A stretch of DNA of 64,000 nt from Octopus sinensis. Lineage: Eukaryota. Position 1 is the first letter of the stretch, and every line of letters begins with the position of its first letter. This document shows positions 63,972 to 64,000 of the stretch, piece by piece. A model generated the notes under the pieces. That model did no database searches. It was given only the letters and a program-made list of their open reading frames with translations, and was not told the DNA's origin. The DNA lies in the NCBI RefSeq assembly GCF_006345805.1, contig NC_042998.1, forward strand, positions 20,460,001 to 20,524,000, in the 5' to 3' direction. The translations under genes were made by a program, and so were the position numbers.

Positions 63972-64000
63972 ACTTACAAACATACAAAAGAAAAAATTCT

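Overview
AT-rich eukaryotic DNA, dominated by repeats. I found no host protein-coding gene, true tRNA/rRNA gene or CRISPR array that I can support. The tRNA-derived SINE families resemble octopus SINEs as I recall them, so a cephalopod genome is likely (inference, not searched). The main element is a near-complete ~6.1 kb Tx1/L1-clade LINE on the minus strand (9447-15523) with a zinc-knuckle ORF1 and an APE-RT-CCHC ORF2. It sits inside a (GATA)n microsatellite, and a 5'-truncated relative abuts the same array. The window also holds several Penelope-like (PLE) remnants: GIY-YIG fragments, about ten minimal hammerhead-ribozyme motifs (mostly with palindromic helix III, several with variant cores), and two near-perfect palindromes centred on what appears to be hammerhead helix II. 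Other mobile elements are a cluster of about five R4/Dong-like 3' ends beside triplet microsatellites (56.3-61 kb), CR1/L2 and RTE fragments, non-autonomous Helitrons, a solo LTR, a MITE, mariner-like and DD37E/TRT-like transposase relics, and many SINEs. The SINEs include a six-unit tandem array and one head that switches between three different 3' halves at a fixed junction. Most ORFs in the supplied track are microsatellite translation artefacts. All calls were read by eye, so edges of degraded elements are approximate.
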